Assembly: GCA_030141605.1 (NCBI GenBank)
Contig: JAQGDQ010001105.1
Location: 1 to 30,123 of the forward strand
Direction: 5' to 3'
Source of the DNA: Tubiluchus corallicola
Lineage: Eukaryota > Animalia > Priapulida
Length of the DNA stretch: 30,123 bases
The notes beneath the pieces were generated by a model. That model was not told the origin of the DNA. It did no database searches and saw only the letters and a program-made list of their open reading frames with translations. The position numbers and the translations under genes were made by a program. This document shows, piece after piece, positions 1 through 10,470 of the stretch (positions within the stretch are counted from its first letter, which is position 1; each line of letters starts with the position of its first letter).

Positions 1-1
1 T

Positions 2-52
<51 letters not shown>

Positions 53-130
53 CTTATTTATTTATTTACTTATTTACTTATTTACTTATTTACTTATTTA
101 CTTATTTACTTATTTACTTATTTATTTAAT
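1..130. repeat. (TTTA)n/(CTTA) microsatellite
   Basis: Direct inspection. Confidence 0.95.
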
Positions 131-692
131 TGTTTTACAGATTTCTTTCTTTCTTTATTTATTCGTTTATTTATGTATAAATGTAGCCTAACAACAATTC
201 TCATCTCTGATCTTCTGATCACTTGACGTGATTCAGTAAATAATTCATTGCCTGCCAAAACCTGATGTATATTCATTAGTGAAATAAGGTGTTTGTTTAA
301 TAACTGTTTAGACTCATAAGTGAATAATAATGCCAAGGAGAAACTGACCTTCTGTCCTCATTTTGAGCTTCCATACTAAATTAATCATGCCTTCGTGTTG
401 ATAATTAACTAAATTACTCTCACGTAATAGAGGCTGTTTTGGGGTCAATCTTTCAATCTCTTGCAATCGAAAGTCAATTACTACATGAAGCCTCTTTGTC
501 GCTCTCGTGACCACTCATCTCTGTATCCTGGAGGTGATTGTTCGTTCCTAGTAACACGTTTTCTGCCCCCTTTCGTAACCTCTTCGTGGGACGCTCTAAG
601 ATGTGGATCAGCTGCTTATAGGTCCATTTTCTCTTTCTAACGGAAAAGAAATAAGCATTTCACAGTGTCAACGATTGATGATGATCGTGAAA

Positions 693-980
693 AGGTCAAA
701 GGTCAAAGATTAAGTGTTCCAGACAACGCATTTGTGTGCACTTGCAGTCCATGCTGTTGTAATAGTAACAGTTTTAACAGTTAGCTAGAAGCTTACCTAC
801 TTCATTTTTCTTGTTAACAAACAAGATCCTGCTAGATCCTGCAAGTCCACGTAAAACACCTGAAGTTAACGAACTGATAGGGCCGACGGCTTTGCCTTAC
901 ATGTCACGTGATGGTTAAAGTTAAGACGCGTTTCCTTCGTACACTTAGCCTTTTACCTGCAGCAGTTTGCGCGTGCGCAC
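693..980 (+). promoter_or_regulatory. Candidate motif cluster upstream of aquaporin: DR1 AGGTCAAAGGTCA (693-705), E-box GTCACGTGAT (903-912), NRF1-like TGCGCGTGCGCA (968-979); mirrored in right arm
   Basis: Motif matches only; no transcript evidence. The DR1 context recurs at ~19897-19942, so it may be repeat-borne. Confidence 0.3.
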
Positions 981-1420
981 AAACTATGAAATGTCTTATT
1001 ACTTCAGCAATCCTTTGAATTATTTTATACTGTATCTCCTTGTTTCTGTACCTCTAGCAAAAACTTACGTACCACCCTGTACATTAATAAATGATGATAA
1101 TGAATTCTTAAGCTGTAGATTTTCTTTTTATCTTTCTGTCTGTCTGTATTCAGACACTAACTGTCAAATGCAATATCGTAGACGCATTTCAGAAAGTAAA
1201 ATGGCAATAGTCTGTGATTCAATCGATGATCGTGCACAATATTATAGATTTTGCATGTTAAAGTGCATCTCTTTAGACGCGCATGGGGTATTGTAATGAA
1301 CATTGGTTGCAGTTGGTCAGGCGTGCATTTAATGTAGCGGATTATTGGAAGAATTCTGCATTTCTCTGTAACTCTGTGAATTAAGTGACTCATGCAAGAC
1401 TTATAGTTGCGCGTATGGAG

Positions 1421-2201
1421 AGGAAAGAACAAGTCATTCAGTAAGATGGGTTTATTTTATTGTTATAACTTAAACTGTTTGTGGTGTGCTAAAGAAAAGA
1501 ACAAGTCACTCAGCATGTTGGGTTTATTTTACTGTTATCACTTAAACTGTTTGTGGTGTGCTAAAGAAAAGAACAAGTCACTCAGCATGTTGGGTTTATT
1601 TTACTGTTATCACTTAAACTGTTTGCGGTGTGCTAAAGGAAAGAACAAGTCACTCAGCATGTTGGGTTTATTTTACTGTTATCACTTAAACTGTTTGTGG
1701 TGTGCTAAAGGAAAGAACAAGTCACTCAGTAAGATGGGTTTATTTTACTGTTATCACTTAAACTGTTTGCGGTGTGCTAAAGGAAAGAACAAGTCACTCA
1801 GCATGTTGGGTTTATTTTCTGCTCACTTAAACTGTTTGTGGTGTGCTAAAGGAAAGAACAAGTCACTCAGTATGTTGGCTTTATTTTACTGTTATCACTT
1901 AAACTGTTTGTGGTGTGCTAAAGGAAAGAACAAGTCACTTAGCATGTTGGGTTTATTTTACTGTTATCACTTAAACTGTTTGTGGTGTGCTAAAGGAAAG
2001 AACAAGTCACTCAGTATGTTGGGTTTATTTTACTGTTATCACTTAAACTGTTTGTGGTGTGCTAAAGGAAAAAACAAGTCACTCAGTATGTTGGGTTTAT
2101 TTTACTGTTATCACTTAAACTGTTTGTGGTGTGCTAAAGGAAAGGACAGGTCACTCGGTATGTTGGGTTTATTTTACTGTTGTGGCTTAAACTGTTTGTG
2201 G
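1421..2201 (+). repeat. 72-bp tandem array, 10 full units plus an 11th merging into the aquaporin CDS
   Basis: Unit AGGAAAGAACAAGTCACTCAGYATGTTGGGTTTATTTTACTGTTATCACTTAAACTGTTTGTGGTGTGCTAA; 1421 to 2138 = 717 bp = 9x72 + 69. Confidence 0.97.
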
Positions 2202-3202
2202 GATGCTGGATATTTGTGTTTATTGGGACAATGTCAGCTTCCTCTTCCCAGGATAATTTGGTAGGCATTGCACTGGCTCATGGATTCACAATATTCTTGT
2301 TGGTTACTGGATTTGGAGAGATCAGTGGAGGTCATTTCAACCCTGCGGTGAGTCTGGCAACTTTCATTGCAGGACATTTGTCCTGGCGAAGACTAGTTTT
2401 ACACGTTGTAGCTCAGCTGTGTGGTGGTATAATAGGTTCAGCCTGCACATTAGCCGTCTTGGGCTTGGAGAAGTTTGATCTCTTGTTTGGTGGAAACACA
2501 ATTATTAGACTTGATGTAAGTCACGGACAAGCATTATTCTTTGAATGGCTAGCCACCATGGTATTATGCATGTCTGTTCTTCACACTGCATGTGATGCTC
2601 GTACGTCTAGTGGGCTTGGTCCACTTGCCATAGGGCTTACGGTAGCAGCCGATATCTTGGCTGGCGGTCCAATAACTGGAGCATCAATGAATCCCGCAAG
2701 AAGTTTTGGTCCAGTTCTTATCTACACGGCTATTTGGGTGACTAGTTACTCGCTGGGTGATCTTTGGGTTTTTCACTGGGTGCATTGGGTGGGACCTGGT
2801 CTTGGAGCAATTTTTGCCGGACTTCTGTATCGACTTTGCTTTGGTAGCGAAGATAAGAGGTTCATTTTCAAGCCACGTCAAAGAGGTGGTACTGAAGCTG
2901 GAGAAGAAGAAGTCACACTAAGTATGGTTCCTCAAGCAGGTAGTGCAGAGGCTTCAACGAGGCCAAAAACACCTCAAAGTGAGTTCATTACACCAGCCCA
3001 GTCAAGACCTGCAACAGCAAAAACTGAAGAGACTAGTCCCAAGTCAAGGCCTACAACACCCAAAGCTGTTGGAAACGAACCCACGTCTGAACTCACGGTA
3101 CCTCAACATACGACACCCAAAGCTGTTGGAAACGAACCCACGTCTGAACCGACGGTACCTCAACATAGCGGAAATGAAGCACCAGATACCAACAAGACCT
3201 GA
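2138..3202 (+). CDS. Aquaporin (MIP family), AQP8-like, intronless; start uncertain or disrupted (possible pseudogene or retrocopy)
   Basis: Two NPA boxes: ISGGHFNPAVS (NPA 2339-2347) and GASMNPARSFGP (NPA 2690-2698). Six hydrophobic segments, ALAHG in TM2, HWVHWVGP before TM6. Predicted ar/R filter His/Ile/Ala/Arg resembles AQP8/TIP channels. Frame is open from 2138 (after TAA 2135-2137) to TGA 3200-3202. First in-frame ATG within the open stretch is 2231, after TM1; an upstream in-frame ATG at 1415 is separated by the stop-containing array. Confidence 0.93.
   Translation, partial: RKGQVTRYVGFILLLWLKLFVGCWIFVFIGTMSASSSQDNLVGIALAHGFTIFLLVTGFGEISGGHFNPAVSLATFIAGHLSWRRLVLHVVAQLCGGIIGSACTLAVLGLEKFDLLFGGNTIIRLDVSHGQALFFEWLATMVLCMSVLHTACDARTSSGLGPLAIGLTVAADILAGGPITGASMNPARSFGPVLIYTAIWVTSYSLGDLWVFHWVHWVGPGLGAIFAGLLYRLCFGSEDKRFIFKPRQRGGTEAGEEEVTLSMVPQAGSAEASTRPKTPQSEFITPAQSRPATAKTEETSPKSRPTTPKAVGNEPTSELTVPQHTTPKAVGNEPTSEPTVPQHSGNEAPDTNKT
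3056..3167 (+). repeat. 57-bp in-frame duplication in aquaporin C-terminal tail
   Basis: TPKAVGNEPTSE(L/P)TVPQH x2; CAAAGCTGTT at 3061 and 3118. Confidence 0.9.
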
Positions 3203-3997
3203 AGTGGATAATGAATGGTACCACGTTTCGACAAAAACAGTATTTTACCCCAAGTAGGAGACCCCATATCTTCTTTGCTAAATCAGCAATCAGCAGTTGC
3301 TGTTCATACAAGAACTTATTAGTATGCTGTGTCACACATCTCAAGAAATTGCATATTTTTTGTTATTTTATCGTTTCAAAAGGTTTCCTTTGCTATTATT
3401 CTTCAGATTATATATACATGAAGTAGGTCTAGATTTACACTGTACATCACTGTTATCAAGTTTGCATGTTTTGCGCTTGTGATATTGTTTTCTCATATAT
3501 ATATAAAACACTTGCTACAAATGGGCTTCAGTTACACTGTAATCCATTACAGTCGTGTGGCTTCTCATCTTTTATTTAATTTCAATTTCAGAAGACAAAA
3601 TTTGCAACATCGTGCTGGTTTTGAAACATTTTAGACTGGCGCAAATCCCGAATAAGTGCTTCTGCATGTTCAGCAGGCATTTTTTCTAAAAGTGAGCATC
3701 ATAGCCAAAGGTTGGCTGTTGCCAGGTCGAAAAATTAGCGAAAAGGGTTGAAATTGCAAAAACGAAGCAAAATAGCCGCCAAGTTTTTGCACAAGCAACG
3801 TAAATCAAGAGAAATTTCCAGAAAATTATCATTAAAAAACGATTATGACATCTATTCCAGGGTAGTTGGACCTAAGGAATCCGTGTGCGTTAATTTAATT
3901 TTACTTCATGCTTGGGCTCTCCCATTTTCAGTGCCCATTCTTCTTCCAATGACGTCATTCGTCTTGAAGAAAAGTAGCGCACTGTCAAAATTCACCA

Positions 3998-4140
3998 AAA
4001 GTATAAGTTTTTACAAAAAAGATAGAAAAATATGACAAAAGAGTTTGCCACTTAAACTAATTCAAACATCTGTAGCTTACCCTATGTCCACGCGAAAATA
4101 TTACATAATTAGCTATCTTTTTTGTAAAAACTTATACTTT
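3998..4140. repeat. Perfect 28-bp inverted repeat with 87-bp spacer (MITE-like)
   Basis: AAAGTATAAGTTTTTACAAAAAAGATAG (3998-4025) / CTATCTTTTTTGTAAAAACTTATACTTT (4113-4140). Confidence 0.85.
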
Positions 4141-4144
4141 AAAA

Positions 4145-5554
4145 GTTTAAGTGAGCAGTAAAATAAGCCAAACATACTGAGAGACTCGTTCTTTCCTTTA
4201 GCACACCACAAACAATTTAAGTGATAACAGTAAAATAAACCCAACATACTAAGTGACATGTTCTTTCCTTTAGCACACCACAAACAGTTTAAGTGAGCAG
4301 TAAAATAAACCCAACATACTGAGTGACTTGTCATTTCCTTTAGCACACCACAAACAGTTTAAGTGATGACAGTAAAACAAACCCAACGTACTGAGTGACT
4401 CGTTCTTTCCTCTAGCACACCACAAACAGTTTAAGTGAGCAGTAAAAGAAAGCCAACATACTGAGTGACTTGTCCTTTCCTTTAGCACACCACAAACAGT
4501 TTAAGTGATAACAGTAAAATAAACCCAACATACTGAGTGACCCGTTCTTTCCTTTAGCACACCAGAAACAGTTTAAGTGATAACAGTAAAATAAACCCAA
4601 CATACTGAGTGACTCGTTCGTTCCTTTAGCACACAACAAACAGTTTAAGTGAGAGTAAAATAAACCCAACACACTGAGTGACTTGTTCTTTCCTTTAGCA
4701 CACCACAAACAGTTTAAGTGATGACAGTAAAATAAACCCAACATGCTGAGTGACTTGTTCTTTCCTTTAGCACACCACAAACAGTTTAAGTGATAACAGT
4801 AAAATAAACCCAACATACTGAGTGACTTGTTCTTTCCTTTAGCACACCACAAACAGTTTAAGTGATAACAGTAAAATAAACCCAACATACTGAGTGACTT
4901 GTTCTTTCCTTTAGCACACCACAAACAGTTTAAGTGATAACAGTAAAATAAACCCAACATACTGAGTGACTTGTTCTTTCCTTTAGCACACCACAAACAG
5001 TTTAAGTGATGACAGTAAAATAAACCCAACATGCTGAGTGACTTGTTCTTTCCTCTAGCACACCACAAACAGTTTAAGTGATAACAGTACAATGAACCCA
5101 ACATACTGAGTGACTTGTTCTTTCCTTTAGCACACCACAAACAGTTTAAGTGATAACAGTAAAATAAACCCAACATACTGAGTGACTTGTTCTTTCCTTT
5201 AGCACACCACAAACAGTTTAAGTGATAACAGTAAAATAAACCCAACATACTGAGTGACTTGTCCTTTCCTTTAGCACACCACAAACAGTTTAAGTGATCA
5301 GTAAAATAAACCCAACATGCCGAGTGACTTGTTCTTTCCTTTAGCACACCACAAACAGTTTAAGTGATAACAGTAAAATAAACCCAACATGCTGAGTGAC
5401 TTGTTCTTTTCTTTAGCACACCACAAACAGTTTAAGTGATAACAGTAAAATAAACCCAACATACTGAGTGACTTGTTCTTTTCTTTAGCACACCACAAAC
5501 AGTTTAAGTGAGCAGTAAAATAAACACAACATACTGAGTGACTCGTTCTTTCCT
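4145..5554 (-). repeat. 72-bp tandem array, ~20 units, inverted copy
   Basis: Same unit on the minus strand; 20 occurrences of TTAAGTGA between 4148 and 5511; several 70-bp variants and one 69-bp variant. Confidence 0.97.
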
Positions 5555-6871
5555 CTCCATACGCGCAACTATAAGTCTTGCATGAGTCACTTAATTCACA
5601 GAGTTACAGAGAAATGCAGAATTCTTCCAATAATCCGCTACATTAAATGCACGCCTGACCAACTGCAACCAATGTTCATTACAATACCCCATGCGCGTCT
5701 AAAGAGATGCACTTTAACATGCAAAATCTATAATATTGTGCACGATCATCGATTGAATCACAGACTATTGCCATTTTACTTTCTGAAATGCGTCTACGAT
5801 ATTGCATTTGACAGTTAGTGTCTGAATACAGACAGACAGAAAGATAAAAAGAAAATCTACAGCTTAAGAATTCATTATCATCATTTATTAATGTACAGGG
5901 TGGTACGTAAGTTTTTGCTAGAGGTACAGAAACAAGGAGATACAGTATAAAATAATTCAAAGGATTGCTGAAGTAATAAGACATTTCATAGTTTGTGCGC
6001 ACGCGCAAACTGCTGCAGGTAAAAGGCTAAGTGTACGAAGGAAACGCGTCTTAACTTTAACCATCACGTGACATGTAAGGCAAAGCCGTCGGCCCTATCA
6101 GTTCGTTAACTTCAGGTGTTTTACGTGGACTTGCAGGATCTAGCAGGATCTTGTTTGTTAACAAGAAAAAATGAAGTAGGTAAGCTTCTAGCTAACTGTT
6201 AAAACTGTTACTATTACAACAGCATGGACTGCAAGTGCACACAAATGCGTTGTCTGGAACACTTAATCTTTGACCTTTGACCTTTTCACGATCATCATCA
6301 ATCGTTGACACTGTGATATGCTTATTTGTTTTCCATTAGAAAGAGAATATGGACCTATAAGCAGCTGCTCCACATCTTAGAGCGCCCCACGAAGAGGTTA
6401 CGAAAGGGGGCAGAAAACGTGTTACTAGGAACGAACAATCACCTCCAGGATACAGGGATGAGTGGCCACGAGAGCGACAAAGAGGCTTGATGTAGTAATT
6501 GACTTTCGATTGCAAGAGATTGAAAGATTGACCCCAAAACAGCCTCTATTACGTGAGAGTAATTTAGTTAATTATCAACACGAAGGCATGATTAATTTAG
6601 TATGGAAGCTCAAAATGAGGACAGAAGGTCAGTTTCTCCTTGGCATTATTATTCACTTATGAGTCTAAACAGTTATTAAACAAACACCTTATTTCACTAA
6701 TGAATATACATCAGGTTTTGGCAGGCAATGAATTATTTACTGAATCAGGTCAAGTGATCAGAAGATCAGAGATGAGAATTGTTGTTAGGCTACATTTATA
6801 CATAAATAAACGAACAAATAAACAAACAAATAAAGAAAGAAAGAAATCTGTAAAACAATTAAATAAATAAG

Positions 6872-6966
<95 letters not shown>
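4145..6966 (-). repeat. Right arm of large inverted repeat
   Basis: 5555-~6860 is the reverse complement of ~130-1420 with about ten substitutions and small indels; ends in (TAAA)n. Confidence 0.97.
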
Positions 6967-7210
6967 ATCAAACAAGTAAATAAATAAAATGAACGAATAA
7001 ACAAAGAAATAAATAAATAAATAAAACAAATATATAAATTAACTAAATGACAAAAACAAATAAATAAATAAATAAAAAAAATAAAGAAATAAATAAAACA
7101 AATACATAAATTAAGAAAATAAGAAAATAAATAAAACAAAGAAAAATTAAATGAACAAATAAATAAATGAATAAGTAAGCAAGTAAACAAACAAATAAAT
7201 AAATAAAGCA
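6855..7210. repeat. (TAAA)n microsatellite, degenerate distally
   Basis: Direct inspection. Confidence 0.95.
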
Positions 7211-7674
7211 ATTCAATTTCCTATTAACTACAACCTGCTTCAAGAACAACACAAACAGATACTTTCTACCCTTACCACATTTTTGTCCATAACCAAAAAA
7301 CTGTAAAATGCAAAAATCACAAACTTGTACTATCGCCGCCTAAAGCTAATGCATGGTAACATCAGGGTGTGAAATTACAAATTTGCTATACAATACAATT
7401 ACAATACACATGTAATCTAAAATTCGGTACATTTTTTCTGCACTACCCAGTATATTACGCGGCTTCTTGATATGAGGAAGCCATTTATTAGGTACTGAAA
7501 ACCAAGAAACCGCGTTAATATCACAAATTAAACTCAGGTATGATTAATGGCGAATGAGAAAATATTTAATATGAAGTAAGTCATCTTGCATTCAGGATCA
7601 TTCCTGGACTAGAGAAATTATGTGTGCAATGTCATTGGCTGAGATGTTTGGAGAGACAATCTGATATCTAATAT

Positions 7675-7684
7675 ATCACCATCA

Positions 7685-7721
<37 letters not shown>

Positions 7722-7881
7722 CGTCATCACTATCATCATCATCATCATCGTCATCACTATCACAGTCATCATCATCACCATCACCGTCATCGCCATCGTC
7801 ATCATCACCATCACCATCATCATCATCACCATTACCACCACCACCATCACCATCATCACCCATCATCATCATCATCATCAT

Positions 7882-7925
<44 letters not shown>

Positions 7926-7970
7926 CTATCATCAGCATCACCATCATCATCATCATCATCACCATCACTG

Positions 7971-8003
<33 letters not shown>

Positions 8004-8053
8004 TCACCATCATCAACATAATCATCATCATCACCATCACCATCATCATCTTC

Positions 8054-8084
<31 letters not shown>

Positions 8085-8103
8085 CCAGCATCACCATCAT
8101 CAT

Positions 8104-8150
<47 letters not shown>
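7675..8150. repeat. Compound trinucleotide microsatellite (CGT/CAT/CAC/CAG)
   Basis: Direct inspection. Confidence 0.95.
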
Positions 8151-8152
<2 letters not shown>

Positions 8153-8422
8153 ATCAGTCTATAGTTGACTAGGACAGCTGAGTATGTTTACACAGTGTTG
8201 GAGAAAGACGATGAAGAACAATTGGGTTGGTTTTCAATCAGGGAGCAAAGAATTATTGATTTTTTAAAGCAAAACTTGACCAAAAATTTCACGTGGACAA
8301 ATTTGTGCTTAAGGACTAGATAAATTAGCTGGTGACATAGGTCTAAATTATACGCATGCGCAGAGCTGCTGGTGAGCAAATGGAACGGGACATTTCCAAG
8401 TGTTGTCATATTTCAAAGGTAT

Positions 8423-9480
8423 GTGTGGTCCACGAGTCAAGACGTTGGACTCATTAGCCAAAAGCTGCATGTGGTCCGCGAGTCAAGACGTAGGACTCAT
8501 TAGCCAAAAGCTGCATGTGGTCCGCGAGTCAAGACGTAGGACTCATTAGCCAAAAGCTGCATGTGGTCCACGAGTCAAGACGTTGGACTCATTAACCAAA
8601 AGCCGCGTGTGGTCCACGAGTCAAGACGTTGGACTCATTAACCAAAAGCCGCGTGTGGTCCGCGAGTCAAGACGTAGGACTCATTAACCAAAAGCTGCAT
8701 GTGGTCCGCGAGTCAAGACGTTGGACTCATTAACCAAAAGCTGCATGTGGTCCACGAGTCAAGATGTTGGACTCATTAACCAAAAGCTGCATGTGGTCCG
8801 CGAGTCAAGACGTAGGACTCATTAGCCAAAAGCCACGTGTGGTCCACGAGTCAAGACGTTGGACTCATTAACCAAAAGCCACGTGTGGTCCACGAGTCAA
8901 GACGTTGGACTCATTAACCAAAAGCCGCGTGTGGTCCACGAGTCAAGACGTTGGACTCATTAACCAAAAGCCGCGTGTGGTCCGCGAGTCAAGACGTAGG
9001 ACTCATTAACCAAAAGCTGCATGTGGTCCGCGAGTCAAGACGTTGGACTCATTAACCAAAAGCTGCATGTGGTCCACGAGTCAAGACGTTGGACTCATTA
9101 ACCAAAAGCTGCATGTGGTCCACGAGTCAAGACGTTGGACTCATTAACCAAAAGCTGCATGTGGTCCACGAGTCAAGACGTTGGACTCATTAACCAAAAG
9201 CTGCATGTGGTCCGCGAGTCAAGACGTAGGACTCATTAGCCAAAAGCCACGTGTGGTCCACGAGTCAAGACGTTGGACTCATTAACCAAAAGCCACGTGT
9301 GGTCCACGAGTCAAGACGTTGGACTCATTAACCAAAAGCTGCGTGTGGTCCACGAGTCAAGACGTTGGACTCATTAACCAAAAGCTGCGTGTGGTCCACG
9401 AGTCAAGACGTTGGACTCATTAACCAAAAGCTGCGTGTGGTCCACGAGTCAAGACGTTGGACTCATTAACCAAAAGCCGC
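8423..9480. repeat. 46-bp minisatellite, 23 copies
   Basis: Unit TGTGGTCCRCGAGTCAAGACGTWGGACTCATTARCCAAAAGCYRCR; GTGGTCC at 8425, 8471, etc.; no spacers. Confidence 0.97.
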
Positions 9481-9939
9481 GATTTCAAATCGGCCTCGCG
9501 ACCAAAATCTTTCGCATTTCATCTCTTTAGGTCAAACTTTGTTTCAAAAAACCCAGTAACTGTTGGCTAATTCCATCAGCCGCCATCGATAATTAATCTA
9601 GGTCTAATGGATTTGTCTTTGAAGTCGTTTTTATTGGTTCTTCAGTTTGTTAACACGGCAGAGGGCATTAGCTGAGTGGAAATGATGCGATTCTGGCACC
9701 ATCAAAGCGAGTAATTTGTGAACCCAGTTGCAATAAGTCGCGCATTACTGAAATTACACGTTGTTTTGTCAACGTAAAACAACAGTAAATAGAAACACGT
9801 GTTGCAGTTAATAGACTTAAAAGTTGTGTTACTGACAGGTCACAATAACACGGCATAAATTTAGTAAACTAGCAGAGAATAAGTAATAATAATAACAAAA
9901 ATAAATCTTTCTTTGAAAAAACCTGACCACTGTAGTTAA

Positions 9940-10470
9940 AGGAAAACCGGATGATTGTGTAAACACGAGTTCAGAATCACGAATGCTCTAAAATATTGAA
10001 AACTACAATAGCTTATTTTAAATCAAAGCTTAGATTAAATAATAATGACCTCGGATACTCAAATTTCATTAAACTTTCAAAGCTAAGGGCGGCTCAGTGA
10101 ATCTACTAAGATTGGCAACGACGCCTTTTTGTCACATTCGCGTAAGCGACAAATAGAAGGCGGTACCGTGATAAGAACTGCAGTGTTAGTTTCTGACGTT
10201 ATATGATGTAGAGCCCATTTTCGTGACATCACGTGTTTAAGCAGTAACATTACGCAAACGTGCTTGACGGGCAAGGGAAGATGCCTGCCATTGCACAAAC
10301 TGTGGTTAGTTTCTGACGTAGGCAATATCTGTGTTCGGTTGCCGTTAATTAACTTTCTAAGCTAACTATTCAAATATAAGAAACAAAGCTAGCCTTTATA
10401 GGCAAGAAAATGTATATTTTGGACAGTAAATTAAAATGAGATTGAGTCTAAACAATCGTCCGGTTTTCCT
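9940..10470. mobile_element. Non-autonomous DNA transposon, TTAA target duplication, Kolobok-like (family A)
   Basis: TTAA|AGGAAAACCGGATGATTGTGTA ... TAAACAATCGTCCGGTTTTCCT|TTAA; 22-bp TIR with 2 mismatches. AG..CT ends with a TTAA TSD fit Kolobok rather than piggyBac (CC..GG). Confidence 0.85.

Larger units (their letters stand above)
1..2201 (+). repeat. Left arm of large inverted repeat: (TTTA)n + ~1.3 kb unique sequence + 72-bp array
   Basis: Reverse complement of ~4145-6966. Mirror ORFs 967-1296/5679-6008, 314-514/6462-6662, 118-336/6640-6870; paired coordinates sum to 6975-6976. May extend beyond the window start. Confidence 0.97.

Noticed and set aside
118-1432. Short ORFs duplicated in both arms (72, 66, 109, 91 aa)
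   Set aside because: No recognisable domain, mostly non-ATG starts; identity is explained by the inverted duplication.
4113-5498. Cys-rich ORFs in the right array as zinc-finger (PHD/RING-like) genes
   Set aside because: Translations of the 72-bp repeat broken by 70-bp units; the Cys/His spacing does not form a recognised finger.
7618-8151. Poly-M/D/H ORFs, and similar homopolymer ORFs at 15305-15942, 21504-21803, 22143-24108 and 28590-29354
   Set aside because: Translations of microsatellites.
8423-9480. CRISPR array (46-bp palindromic repeats; likewise the 32-, 71- and 72-bp arrays)
   Set aside because: Units are contiguous with no unique spacers, there are no cas genes, and the context is eukaryotic.
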